From a bacterium (lineage in GTDB: Bacteria; UBA8248): a stretch of DNA of 64,000 nt. Below are positions 9,375 through 19,490 of the stretch, piece after piece; positions within the stretch are counted from its first letter, which is position 1; each line of letters starts with the position of its first letter. The DNA is taken from NCBI GenBank assembly GCA_965261085.1, contig OZ253442.1, positions 3,968,001 to 4,032,000 on the forward strand, written 5' to 3'. A model generated the notes under the pieces. That model was not told where the DNA came from. It searched no databases and saw only the letters and a list, made by a program, of their open reading frames with translations. Position numbers and translations under genes: made by a program.

Positions 9375-11348
9375 CTATGCGGAAGCGGCACCTCCCGCCA
9401 CGGCGGCGGGCGTGGGTTCGCCCTCCTCGGCGAGGCGTTTTTTCTGGATCAGGAAAACCGCGCCCAGCATGAGCGCGCCCAGCGCGTGGTTCCAGTATCC
9501 CGGCCAGAACAATAGCCCGGCGGTAAGGATGAGAAGCGCGCGCATCGGGGTCGAGAAGCGGAAATACATGAACCCGACCATGCCGGCGGACAGGGACTGG
9601 AAGCCGAGAAGCGCCGCGGCGAAAGTCTCGAGCGATAGCCAGGGCTGGCGGATGAGCAGAATCGGGGTGAATGCGAACATCATGGGCAGGATGTACATGC
9701 CCTTCGCCGTGCGGAAAGACGCCCAGGCGGCCTTCGCCGGGTTGGCGCCCGCTATCCCCGCCGCCGTATAGGCGGGCACGCACACGGGGGGCGTGAAGCA
9801 ACTGTCCAGGCTGTACCAGAACACGATGAGGTGGGCCGAGAGGAGCGAGAGCTTGTACGGCTCCCCGAGTTCCAGGAGCGCGGGCACGGCCATGATGGAC
9901 AAGACGATGTAGGCGGCGCTCGTCGGCAGGCCCATGCCGAGCACGAACGAAGCCACGCCCACCAGGAGAATCCCCAGGAACAGGTTGTCGCCCGCCAGAT
10001 TCGTGACCAAAGAGGAGAATTTAAGCCCCAGGCCGGTCTGGAACAACGCTCCCATGATGATGCCCACGGCGCCCACCGCCGCGCAGATGGGAAGCGACTG
10101 AATTGCGCCCTTCTCGAGCGCCAAGACAATGTTCCAAAGCCCCCTGGCCACTTCGCCGACAACCTCGCCTACGCTCGTGCCCTCCGTTCTGGCTTTTTCC
10201 CACAAAACGAGAGCACCCTTCAGCGCCGCCAGGAGCACGACGGAGAGAATGCCCGCCAAGCCCGCATAGGGAACGGTTCTGCCCGTCATGAGAATCGCCA
10301 TAATCACGATGGGGGGGAGAAGGTAGAACCACCCCTCCTTCATGATGGGACCCAGAGGGGGTATCAACTCCCTGGGCATACCCACCAGGCCCTCTTTTCT
10401 CGCTTCTAAATGCACGATCACATAGACGGAGAAGAAATACAAAACGGCGGGCAGAATCGATACCTTCACGATTTCCCAATACGATATACCGGTGAACTCC
10501 ACGATCAGGAACGCAGACGCTCCCATGACGGGCGGCATAATCTGCCCTCCCGTGGAGGCCGCCGTCTCGATGGCCGCCGCTATCTCGGGCTTGAAGCCGG
10601 TGCGCTTCATCATCGGGATGGTGAACGAACCCGTGGTGACCACGTTCGCGTTCGCGCTGCCCATGATAGTGCCCGTCATGGCGCTGGCGAACACCGCCGC
10701 CTTCGCCGGCCCGCCGCGCCGCCTGCCGGCGGCCGACATGGAGAGTTTCACGTAGAAATCCGCGGCCCCCATGCGGTCCAGAAACGCGCCGAACAGGATG
10801 AACAAGAAGATGTAGACCGAAAAGACGCTCAAAGGCGTCGTCCACAGGCCATCGTAGGTCATGTACTGATGATCCACGATGTGCGTGTAGGAGGCCCCCT
10901 TGTGCGCCAGATGCCAGGGAAAATAGGGGCCGAAATACGAATAGACGACGAAGAAAAGCGATATCATCGGAAGCGCCAGGTTGATGGTCCTTCGCGCCGC
11001 CTCGAAGGCGAGCACCAGAGCCACCGTGCCCAGGATCAGGTCCATGGGCATGAGCGGCTCGACGAAATGTAGGCGATCCAGATAATAGTCGGTGTTCAGT
11101 ATCGGGTAGGAGATGGAGACGACCGCCAGGAGGCAGACGACGGCCGATACAACAGCGCGCCACCTGCCTCCTCCGGGTTTCCTGTAGATGATGAATATCA
11201 GAGACATCCCGAACAGGTACGAGAGCGCCCTCTGGAAAAGCGGTTCATACCCTCCCGTATAGGCCACCTGGATATGAAAGACGGACATGCCGACCGCTAT
11301 CGCCAGGACAAGCCAATCCAGAGGGGTTCTTTCCTTTATATCGCTCAC
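9375..11348 (-). CDS. TRAP transporter fused 4TM/12TM permease (TAXI type)
   Basis: GGPAKAAV..S, ANVVTTG.FTIPMMK, ASTGGQIMPPVMG, GMGLPTSAAY, TPPV. Confidence 0.95.
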   Translation of the reverse strand: MSDIKERTPLDWLVLAIAVGMSVFHIQVAYTGGYEPLFQRALSYLFGMSLIFIIYRKPGGGRWRAVVSAVVCLLAVVSISYPILNTDYYLDRLHFVEPLMPMDLILGTVALVLAFEAARRTINLALPMISLFFVVYSYFGPYFPWHLAHKGASYTHIVDHQYMTYDGLWTTPLSVFSVYIFLFILFGAFLDRMGAADFYVKLSMSAAGRRRGGPAKAAVFASAMTGTIMGSANANVVTTGSFTIPMMKRTGFKPEIAAAIETAASTGGQIMPPVMGASAFLIVEFTGISYWEIVKVSILPAVLYFFSVYVIVHLEARKEGLVGMPRELIPPLGPIMKEGWFYLLPPIVIMAILMTGRTVPYAGLAGILSVVLLAALKGALVLWEKARTEGTSVGEVVGEVARGLWNIVLALEKGAIQSLPICAAVGAVGIIMGALFQTGLGLKFSSLVTNLAGDNLFLGILLVGVASFVLGMGLPTSAAYIVLSIMAVPALLELGEPYKLSLLSAHLIVFWYSLDSCFTPPVCVPAYTAAGIAGANPAKAAWASFRTAKGMYILPMMFAFTPILLIRQPWLSLETFAAALLGFQSLSAGMVGFMYFRFSTPMRALLILTAGLLFWPGYWNHALGALMLGAVFLIQKKRLAEEGEPTPAAVAGGAASA

Positions 11349-11372
11349 GCTCTCGCCTCTTCCCCGGGATGG

Positions 11373-12356
11373 TTACATCGACGCCCCGATCTCCTTGTAG
11401 AAGCGCTTGGCGCCATCATGCAGCGGCACTCCGATGTTCATGCTCGCCTTCTTGGGGTCCCAACTCTTATATATCTTGTGGACGCCACCGAGGAACTTCC
11501 GCTCGGCTTTCGCTATCTTGAGGATCGAATAAACCACATCGGCGCTCATCTTGGTCGTGGTGAGCAGCACGCCTGAAAGCCCCATCGAGTCCTTGGGATT
11601 GGGGTTTCCCTTGTAAATGCCGCCAGGAATCTGGCAGGGCGTGAAGCCGTGGCCCGCCAGCAACTTCTTCACGTCATCGGACATGTCCAGGAGCACGATA
11701 TTCCGGCCGAGGGCCGCCTGGATGCCCGAGCCGTTGGGGTCGCCCGAGTTATGGAAGTAGTAATCGATCTGGCGCCCCCTGATGGCGCGCGACATGCCGC
11801 CCACGCCGGCGAAGTTGAGCTTGTAGCCGCGCTTGGTGAGCGCCTTGTAGCTCGTGCCGTAGTGCTTGACGATCACGCTCCCCACGAACTCCGTGCTGGT
11901 TCCCTTCTTGGCCACGCCCACCTTCTGCGGTTTTTTCGCCTTGATGATGTCGCGCCAGGTCTTGATGCCGGAGTCGTAGAGTTCCTTGGCTGCGTACTGG
12001 TGGTAACAAGAATCCCAGAAAGTGGCGATGCCCCGGAGGTCCTTGTAGACCTTCTTGAAGGGGGACTTGCCGGCCAGCGCCGCGCCGGCGAAGTTCGAGA
12101 AAGAATAGCCGAAATCAGCACCTCCTCCTCCCACGCGCGCCGGGTTGGCGCGCCCGCCGCCGGGCACTACGCTGTAGATGACCTTGTTCTGTTTCCTGTT
12201 GAGAATTTCGCTGAGGCCCGCGCCCAGCCTGCCCATGGTGCCGCCCAGGGTGCCGACCGCGATGTCGTATTTCGCTGGCGCGCTGTAGGCGTCGCCCACC
12301 GCCAGAAACGGCGCGACCAGGGCCAGAATTCCGAACATCATGATGATTTTCTTCAT
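11373..12356 (-). CDS. TAXI-family TRAP solute-binding subunit
   Basis: Signal peptide MKKIIMMF..., GT.GGT, IPGGIYKG, VPLHDGAKRFYKE; upstream of the fused permease. Confidence 0.9.
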   Translation of the reverse strand: MKKIIMMFGILALVAPFLAVGDAYSAPAKYDIAVGTLGGTMGRLGAGLSEILNRKQNKVIYSVVPGGGRANPARVGGGGADFGYSFSNFAGAALAGKSPFKKVYKDLRGIATFWDSCYHQYAAKELYDSGIKTWRDIIKAKKPQKVGVAKKGTSTEFVGSVIVKHYGTSYKALTKRGYKLNFAGVGGMSRAIRGRQIDYYFHNSGDPNGSGIQAALGRNIVLLDMSDDVKKLLAGHGFTPCQIPGGIYKGNPNPKDSMGLSGVLLTTTKMSADVVYSILKIAKAERKFLGGVHKIYKSWDPKKASMNIGVPLHDGAKRFYKEIGASM

Positions 12357-12606
12357 TTTCCCTCTCCCTTGGTAAATGACGTAAGACTTCAAAAGGTGCT
12401 TCAACAGGCTTCCACTCATGAGAGACGTTTCAGTGAGAACAAACCCCCTCGATGCGTTCTCAATGAGCGCTCTTTTCTGTATGCTTGGGCCGGAATCTTA
12501 CAGACGGGAGCGTTTCGCGTCAACGAATCTTAGGTATCACGCGAGCGTTTCTGTCCCGAATTCTGGAACGACCCGAAAAATCGTATCTCCTGAAAGGAGC
12601 CGGAAC

Positions 12607-12957
12607 ATGCCGTTTTACCGTTGGGAGGAGATGAAGCGAAAAAACCTGGCGAGGCCGTCCGATTCAGAGGGCAGCATCATCATCGGCGAGCACGTCACCC
12701 TGAACCGTTCGGTGAGCCGGCCCGGCAAGCTGGCCCGCCCGCACACGCACGACTGCGAGCAAATCATCAACGTCGTCGAAGGAACCGCCTGGTTCCGGGT
12801 GGGGGATGAGGAAAAATCCGTCACCGCAGGCGACATCATCCATATTCCCGAGGGAACCGAGCACGAGTTCAAAAACGAGGACGAAGGCGAATTCATCTAC
12901 CTTTCGTTCAAGAACAAATCGGAGGGCTGGCCCCCGCCTACCGCCACGATGGACTAG
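12607..12957 (+). CDS. Cupin-domain protein
   Basis: PHTHDCEQ...G and GD.IHIP.G.EH motifs; AAGGAG RBS. Confidence 0.9.
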   Translation: MPFYRWEEMKRKNLARPSDSEGSIIIGEHVTLNRSVSRPGKLARPHTHDCEQIINVVEGTAWFRVGDEEKSVTAGDIIHIPEGTEHEFKNEDEGEFIYLSFKNKSEGWPPPTATMD

Positions 12958-14084
12958 TTTCTCGCCTTTAACCCTGCGTGCAACTCCTCGGGGTCGATGG
13001 GGAGTTTCACGACTTGCTTTCGCTTGGCGGATAAATCGCACGCCATGCAGAGCATGAGGTTCCGGTGTCCCTCCGCACCCGTGGCGTGGGGCATATCGGC
13101 TCCCGTGTAGACGTGCGAGAGCCAGGCGATGGACTCATCGCGCATCGGCCCCCAGAACTGCCCTTTGGACATATCTCCCGCCGGGTAGCTCTCGAGCAGA
13201 TGCACGTGGCGCTCCTCTCCCCGGTGGGAGGCGAGCGGGTTCTCCGACGCCATGATGAAATCGGCATGGGTGTCGTCGATGGTGAGCGCGCCCTCCGTGC
13301 CCACTACGCTGATGGTGACGCCATAGGTCGAGGCGGGCCAGATGGTGGGCATCCCCCAGTTGCACTCCATGCTCCAGATGGTTCCATCATCAAAAGTGAA
13401 GATGCTGAAGGTGGCGTCTTGCGTGCCGATGCTCGTCATCACCCGCGATATCGAGCGTGAGACGACTTCGACGGGCCTTTTCTCCGGCCCCATCACGAAC
13501 AGCATGACGTCCAGCGCATGGGTGCCGGATATCACCATGGGCGTAAGTGCGGAGCGATCCTCGTTCTTCGACAACCGGGTGATGCCGACCTGGCGGTTGA
13601 GCAGCGCGCGCGTCGTCGCGGAGGTAACTTCGCCCAAGACCCCCGACTGCACGTGCTCACGCGCCGTGAGCCAGCGCCTCCTGAAACGCTGGGTGTAGCC
13701 CACCAGAAGTTCCACGCCCGCCGCTTCGGCGGCCTCCACGATTTTCGCCGATTCCACCACGCTCGTGGCCAGCGGTTTCTCCACCAAAATCCTGTGGCCC
13801 TGCTCAATCGATTCCCAAAGCGGCTTCGCGTGCCACTCCTCATCCGTGGCGATGATGACGGCGTTGACCTCGGGCCTCTGGATGAGCTCCGTGAAATCGG
13901 TCGTGAAAAAATCGGCCCCGAACTCCTCGGCCATCGCCCTGCCCTTTTTCTCGTCGATGTCGCAGCAGCCGAGCCACTCCGTTCCCGGATACTCTCTGGC
14001 GCAGCGCGCGCGAATGCGCCCCACCCGGCCACAGCCGACCACGGCCAGACCAATCGGGTTTTTCTCGCCCCCAAAAACCGCCAT
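12954..14084 (-). CDS. Gfo/Idh/MocA-family oxidoreductase (paralog 1)
   Basis: AVVGCGRVG, EKPLA, GYTQRF, GTHALD. Confidence 0.92.
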   Translation of the reverse strand: MAVFGGEKNPIGLAVVGCGRVGRIRARCAREYPGTEWLGCCDIDEKKGRAMAEEFGADFFTTDFTELIQRPEVNAVIIATDEEWHAKPLWESIEQGHRILVEKPLATSVVESAKIVEAAEAAGVELLVGYTQRFRRRWLTAREHVQSGVLGEVTSATTRALLNRQVGITRLSKNEDRSALTPMVISGTHALDVMLFVMGPEKRPVEVVSRSISRVMTSIGTQDATFSIFTFDDGTIWSMECNWGMPTIWPASTYGVTISVVGTEGALTIDDTHADFIMASENPLASHRGEERHVHLLESYPAGDMSKGQFWGPMRDESIAWLSHVYTGADMPHATGAEGHRNLMLCMACDLSAKRKQVVKLPIDPEELHAGLKARN

Positions 14085-14255
14085 CACCCTCTCCCGTAAA
14101 TTTATCAAGACGTATAAAAAACGCGCCGGAGTCCAATCCGACGCCGTTTGGATTCCCTTTTCATACCAGCTTCCGTGGATAGGCGCATCTTCACTCGCCC
14201 ACCGCGTTTCGCATTTACAAGGACCAACTCCGACAATACGTGCGGGACTTAGAAA

Positions 14256-14432
14256 TCACTCCCCCCTTGAGGGTCATTCCTGACCGGGAAGGGAGGGAAT
14301 GTCGCAAAAACCGAGCGTTTTGCGTGAAGGTTGATGCGGTGGGGGGTATGATTCTAAAATAAAAGCTCCCCCCACCGGTTCGCTTGCGGGCTTACGCCCT
14401 TACCTCACCGACTCCCCCTCAAGGGGGGAGTG
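14256..14432. repeat. Palindromic REP/MITE-like element, copy B (left arm interrupted)
   Basis: CACTCCCCCCTTGAGGG...GATGCGGTGGGGGG...CCCCCCACCGG...GACTCCCCCTCAAGGGGGGAGTG, same architecture as copy A. Confidence 0.8.
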
Positions 14433-14540
14433 GTTTTTTGCTCTCAGCATGTGTTGTCGGTATAGACCCTCAAAGGAAAGTGATCCTCCTAAACAGTCTC
14501 CACACGAAGAGGGAGAAAGGGCGATATACGGCCCTAAAGA

Positions 14541-15182
14541 CTAGCGGCGGTCCCGCATGAACAAGCCCGTGTCGGCGAGGGCCGCCTTGACGACCTCATC
14601 CTTTAGAGAACCGGCGGGGAGCGGCGCCTCGAAACGAAGCCTTATCCGCTCCTTCAAGAAGGGAAGCATGAAGCCGGTGCGCATCAGCTCCGCGTTATCG
14701 AGCCTTAATAAACCCTCCGCCGTCCGCTGAACCCGTATCTGGAACAGGGCGAACTCCTTGCCCTTCACGAAAAGGTAGGTAACCGGCCCAGGCGCGTGAC
14801 GCAAGGCGCTCAGTTCGCGGTACCGGCCCTCCGGAATATCCTCGGGCACGATGAAAAAGTGCTGCGCCGTGCACCGCATGCAGGGGACGTCGCTGGCTCG
14901 TCTGCGCTCGGTAGTAGTCACGCCCGAAGGCGCGGCGGTGATCATCACCCGAAGCGGAACCCCGCTTCGCCACTCCTGCGGCACGTCCATATTCTCGGGC
15001 GGCGGGGGCAGTTGCTGAACAACCGCATAGAGCGCCGCTTTATCCTGGCGGTCCTGCGCCGGATAGACGCCGACGATCGGGGCGTCCGGAGCCTGCGGAT
15101 ACACCGGGAGCGAGGTGAAAACCAGCGACGCCGCCAACGCCGCCGCTTGAAGCAGACGTATCCGCAATGAGCGAGGATTCAC
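14541..15182 (-). CDS. Hypothetical exported protein
   Basis: N-terminal basic plus hydrophobic signal-like segment; start abuts the upstream stop codon; CMRC motif. Confidence 0.6.
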   Translation of the reverse strand: MNPRSLRIRLLQAAALAASLVFTSLPVYPQAPDAPIVGVYPAQDRQDKAALYAVVQQLPPPPENMDVPQEWRSGVPLRVMITAAPSGVTTTERRRASDVPCMRCTAQHFFIVPEDIPEGRYRELSALRHAPGPVTYLFVKGKEFALFQIRVQRTAEGLLRLDNAELMRTGFMLPFLKERIRLRFEAPLPAGSLKDEVVKAALADTGLFMRDRR

Positions 15183-16292
15183 TTATTCAAAATCCTCAGG
15201 CGAGACCGGGAGCGAAACCGCTTGTCCGGTTTTGGCCGAATGATCCATCGCCAGGCACAGCATGAGGTTCTCGTGCGCCTCCCGCGCGGTGGTGTGCGGC
15301 GTGGGGACGCCCAGATAGATTCTGTCGAACCAGGAACGCGTCTCCTCGCGCATGGGCCCCCATAGCTGATCGAACACCAGATCCCCCGGTGGATAGCTGG
15401 TGAGAAAACTCACGTTGCGCTCCTGTTTCAAGCGCGCGGATTCGTGCGGCTCCGCAGTGGCGAAGACGATGTCGCGGTGCGTGTCGTCTATCGTGAGCAC
15501 GCCTCCCGTACCCACGATGCCCAGTTCGAGCGAATAGACCTCCGCCGGCCAGACGCGCGGCAGCGCCCAGCTCACGTTCATGCTCCATATCGTCCCGTCC
15601 TCATAGGTGACGATAGCGAACGTGGAATCCTTTGTGAGGTAGGGCGCCATCGCCTTATCCACCGAGCGCGCGTACACTTCCACCGGCCGCAGCCCCTCCA
15701 GGAGCCAGGAGCATAAATCCACGCTGTGGGTGCCGGAGATGACCATGGGGGTGAATTTCGTCGGAAATTCGGTTTTGGTGGAATTCGCCACCGGGTTCAT
15801 GCGGTTCAAAAAGGCGCGGCCCGTCACGGAGGAGATATCACCCAACTCTCCTGAGCGAATCTTCTCCTTCGCCACCAGAAAGCGGCGGCGGAACCGCTGC
15901 GTATAGCCCAGGACGGCGTCGACCCCCGCCTCGTCGATGGCGCTCACCAGGTTTTCGGACACGTCGGCGTCCACCGCCAGGGGCTTTTCGATCAGCATCC
16001 GGTGCCCACGCTCCACGCCGATGAGGATGGGTTCTAACCGCTCGTTCGCGTAGGTGGCCAAAACCGTGCTGTTCACCTCATCGCGCTTCAGAAGTTCGCG
16101 GTAATCGGTGGTGAAAAAATCGGCCTCTACGTCTTCAGCCAGTTTTCGGCCCACCTTCTCGTCGATATCGCACAACCCCATCCATTCGACCGCCGCGTTC
16201 TGGCGCGCGAATTCCGCTCGGATGCGCCCGATCTTTCCGCATCCCACCACAGCCAGGCCGATGGGCCTTCTCGTATCAACCGATAAGTTCAT
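15183..16292 (-). CDS. Gfo/Idh/MocA-family oxidoreductase (paralog 2)
   Basis: AVVGCGKIG, EKPLA, GYTQRFRRR, TPMVISGTH and TIDDTH shared with paralog 1. Confidence 0.92.
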   Translation of the reverse strand: MNLSVDTRRPIGLAVVGCGKIGRIRAEFARQNAAVEWMGLCDIDEKVGRKLAEDVEADFFTTDYRELLKRDEVNSTVLATYANERLEPILIGVERGHRMLIEKPLAVDADVSENLVSAIDEAGVDAVLGYTQRFRRRFLVAKEKIRSGELGDISSVTGRAFLNRMNPVANSTKTEFPTKFTPMVISGTHSVDLCSWLLEGLRPVEVYARSVDKAMAPYLTKDSTFAIVTYEDGTIWSMNVSWALPRVWPAEVYSLELGIVGTGGVLTIDDTHRDIVFATAEPHESARLKQERNVSFLTSYPPGDLVFDQLWGPMREETRSWFDRIYLGVPTPHTTAREAHENLMLCLAMDHSAKTGQAVSLPVSPEDFE

Positions 16293-16404
16293 GAGCGTCA
16301 CCTTGATCAGAGAGCGTCGATTCCAAAGCCGGGCGCACTTCAATTGACTCGGGGAAAACCGAACCGAGTCGCCTGGGAACGGACTCGTCAAGCAGCAGTT
16401 TCAT
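16276..16404 (-). pseudogene. Truncated DUF5615 (VapC45-like PIN) toxin
   Basis: Not in the ORF track: MKLLLDESVPRRLGSVFPESIEVR... stops after 42 aa; overlaps the 3' end of the DUF433 gene. Confidence 0.75.
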
Positions 16405-16612
16405 TCGCACCGTTGGTGAGCATCACCTTTGTGAGATCGAGCGCTTTAAGCGCCTGTTCTCGTGATACCGTCGGGAAGTCTTCCAAAAAATCGTCGAGCC
16501 GATCACCCGCTTCGAGATGCTCCATCAGAGTGCGCACCGGAACCCTGGTGCCTGAGAAAACCGGAGTCCCGCCGAGGATATCCGGGTTCCTCTCGATAGG
16601 CGTGTCGGTCAT
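16388..16612 (-). CDS. DUF433-family antitoxin (VapB45-like)
   Basis: I...PDILGGTPVF.GTRVPV..L...L.AG....DFLEDFP. Confidence 0.92.
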   Translation of the reverse strand: MTDTPIERNPDILGGTPVFSGTRVPVRTLMEHLEAGDRLDDFLEDFPTVSREQALKALDLTKVMLTNGANETAA

Positions 16613-16820
16613 CGCTCACTCCTTCGTTTTGGCATATCAAAGAGTATCAAACGGCGCTCATGGCTTCTATTCTTCACCAAATGTTCCTCTCTTCACAACT
16701 GCCGCTCAAGCCTGGCATCGCGGTATTCTAAGGGCAAAGCCCGCTCTGGTTCCAAAAATTCGCATTTCATCGGAAGATGGGCCATTCTCTTGAAACCTGA
16801 ATCCCGAAAGGAGTGACACC

Positions 16821-17471
16821 GTGTCCCGCGTACCCATGCTCGAATCCGGCGCCGACGACCCCGTTGTGAACCACCTCTTCGACCACGCGGGTGTTCTGCT
16901 GAACCGAATCCCCAACGCCTGGCGAGTGATGGCGAATCAACCCTACATCACGAAGTTCATGCTGCCGCTCACCTCATCGCTCCTGCGCCAGGGCCTTGGT
17001 TCGGCCCTCGAAACGAAGATAAAAGAACTGGCCATCATCAAGACCAGCCAACTCAACAACTGCGCCTACTGACTGGCGCACAACACGCCGGTTGGTCAAT
17101 CGGTGGGAATCACGGAAAGCCAGATAGCGGCCATCAGCGAGGGTGACTACAGCCCCTTCACCGAAAAAGAGCGCGCCGTCCTGCTCTGGGCGGAACACGT
17201 CACTCTCAATACGGCCAGGGAGCGGGACGACGTTTTCGAGGAAGTCAAAAAGCATTTCAGCGACTCTGAAATCGTGGAACTCACCATGGTCATCACCTAT
17301 TTCAACATGAGAAACAAATTCAACGACGCGCTGGGGATTCCCATCGAGGCGCAAGAAGAGATCGACAGGAACAAGATTCGCCGCAAAGACCCCGATGATC
17401 TCAAGGCGTATCTCGAAGCCCTGCTCGCCGACTGGCCGGATGAATTCCCCGAGGCGGGAAGCGGAGCATGA
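16821..17471 (+). CDS. AhpD/carboxymuconolactone-decarboxylase-family selenoprotein candidate (C-A-Y-U)
   Basis: Two in-frame ORFs separated only by TGA 17070-17072 in KELAI..TS.LNNCAY*LAH; downstream EKERA.L.WAE.VT and FSDSEIVELT continue the same domain. Confidence 0.85.
17087..17104 (+). promoter_or_regulatory. Bacterial SECIS-like hairpin
   Basis: Stem GCCGGTT/AATCGGT with GGTC loop, beginning 14 nt after the in-frame TGA. Confidence 0.7.
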
Positions 17472-18862
17472 CGAAAACTCTCATCCGTAACGCGACGGTT
17501 CTCTCGATGGACCCCCATGTCGGGGAGATCGAGTGCGGCGACGTCTTAATCGAGGGCGAGCGCATTTCCGCAGTGGGCGAGAAACTCGACGCAACAGACG
17601 CTGAGACCATCGACGCTGCGGGCATGATCCTCATGCCCGGCCTCGTGAACGCGCACATGCACACCTGGCAGACCGCGCTTCGCGGCCTGGGCGGAGACTG
17701 GGGAGGGCGCAGCTATTTCGAGATCGCACACGAGACCCTGGCGCCGCGCTACCGGCCCGAGGACATCTACATCGCAACGCTCACGGGCGCGTGGGCGCAG
17801 ATGGAAGCAGGCGCCACGACGCTGTTCGACTGGTGCCACAACAACCCCACGCCCGAGCATACCGACGCAGGAATAGACGCATTGGAGGAATCCGGCATCC
17901 GCGCCCTTTTCGGACACGGAACGCCCAAACCTCAGCCTCAGGAGGGCGAACTCCATTACTCGCAAATCCCGCATCCGGCGAGTGAGATCAAGCGTTTGCG
18001 AACGGGGCGTCTTTCCGACGACGAAGGACTCATTACGCTTGCGATGGCCATTCTGGGGGCCGACTACTCCCCGCTGGAAGTCGCGCTGCACGACATGCGC
18101 CTCGCGCGGGAATACGGGCTCCTATCGAGCGCTCACATCTGGGGCGACGCGAGCCGAAAGGTGAAGGGCGGCTACCACACGCTGGCCGCAGAGGGGGTTC
18201 TGGGTCCTGATCACAACCTCGTGCACTGCAACTACGTGGAGGATGAGGAACTCCGGGTGATTCTGGATTCTGGCGCTTCCATCACGGCCACTCCCTCCGC
18301 CGAGATGCAGACGAACAGGGGAGAGGCCGTCTGCGGGCGCGTGAGCGCGCTGGGCGGCAGGCCCTCCATCGGCGTGGATCTCAAAACCTACGTCAGTGGG
18401 AACATGCTCCACGCGATGCGCCACGCTCTTCAGGTCCAAAGGATTTTTGACAACCGCCGCCTGGATGCGGACACCTACAGGGCGCCCGCCCTCGCCTTCT
18501 CGGCGCGCGATGCGCTCGCCTGGGCCACCATCAATAACGCGCACGCGATGGGCATGGCGGAGAGAATCGGTTCCATCACGCCCGGCAAGCAGGCCGACCT
18601 CATCCTCATCCGAAAAAACGACCTCAATATGACGCCTGCTGCGGACGCAGCCCGCGCCGTCGTCTTCTATGCGGAGCGCTCGAACGTGGATACCGTCTTC
18701 ATCGCAGGAGAGAAGGTGAAAGCGGGCGGAAAGCTGCTCGTAGACCCAGGCAAAATCGCCCAAGCGAAGGAGCGGCTCACAGAATCCGCGCGGTGGATTA
18801 CGGGAGCGGCTTCAAGCGGAGATGGACAAACTTTCCCGACCGCCGGAAGAAGGAATTCGTAG
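17468..18862 (+). CDS. Metal-dependent amidohydrolase/deaminase superfamily protein
   Basis: PGLVNAHMH, SAH, LVHCN, IGVD, GSITPGKQADLI; ATGA overlap with the upstream gene. Confidence 0.92.
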   Translation: MTKTLIRNATVLSMDPHVGEIECGDVLIEGERISAVGEKLDATDAETIDAAGMILMPGLVNAHMHTWQTALRGLGGDWGGRSYFEIAHETLAPRYRPEDIYIATLTGAWAQMEAGATTLFDWCHNNPTPEHTDAGIDALEESGIRALFGHGTPKPQPQEGELHYSQIPHPASEIKRLRTGRLSDDEGLITLAMAILGADYSPLEVALHDMRLAREYGLLSSAHIWGDASRKVKGGYHTLAAEGVLGPDHNLVHCNYVEDEELRVILDSGASITATPSAEMQTNRGEAVCGRVSALGGRPSIGVDLKTYVSGNMLHAMRHALQVQRIFDNRRLDADTYRAPALAFSARDALAWATINNAHAMGMAERIGSITPGKQADLILIRKNDLNMTPAADAARAVVFYAERSNVDTVFIAGEKVKAGGKLLVDPGKIAQAKERLTESARWITGAASSGDGQTFPTAGRRNS

Positions 18863-19490
18863 GGACGGACCTCCGCGCGCATCCTGAACACAGAGGTGCG
18901 GTCCGTGAGCAGGTCGAACTTTGGGAGACAGACACAGAGACCGACCCTATGCAATGCTCACTCCGTGATGCTCATGCCCCGCTCGTCAACGGCGGGAGCT
19001 TGCTCCTCGTGTTTCGCAAGAGTTTAAGAACGCCTCCGATTGCCTTCGCAACCGGCACCGTAAAATCATTATCCGTCCAATAGGCTTTGTGCGAGAAAGG
19101 ATTCCAGAAGGTCATAAGCCCGGATAAACTCGAACTAACAATAAGATGACCTTTAGGCATTTATTCCCTATGTAAATGAGTTCGTGGGCCAACACAACTT
19201 GGGTAACCTTGACAGTATTGACCTATAAAGCGCTGATATAATCCTTCGAAGGTAAACGATTGCCTTGGAAAAACTGACTTCAAGCTGACATACTGTATAT
19301 ATCAGAAAGAGTTCCGATCACTTTGAAAAGTCTATCAAGAAGAAATTTTTCTTCTTTTCCACCGCATCAAACTTCGTTGCTATGTGTGTTCGAAATTCGG
19401 CAACATCACTCTCTGTCTTGTCGAATCGCTTCGCTATCTTAGCAAAGGTTTTTTCGGTTTACCTCGTAATTCCGCCTCCACTGCTTTAAT

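Noticed and set aside
19290-19305. LexA/SOS-box-like CTGTATATATCAG
   Set aside because: Spacer is 7 nt rather than the required CTG-N10-CAG, and no adjacent target gene is evident.
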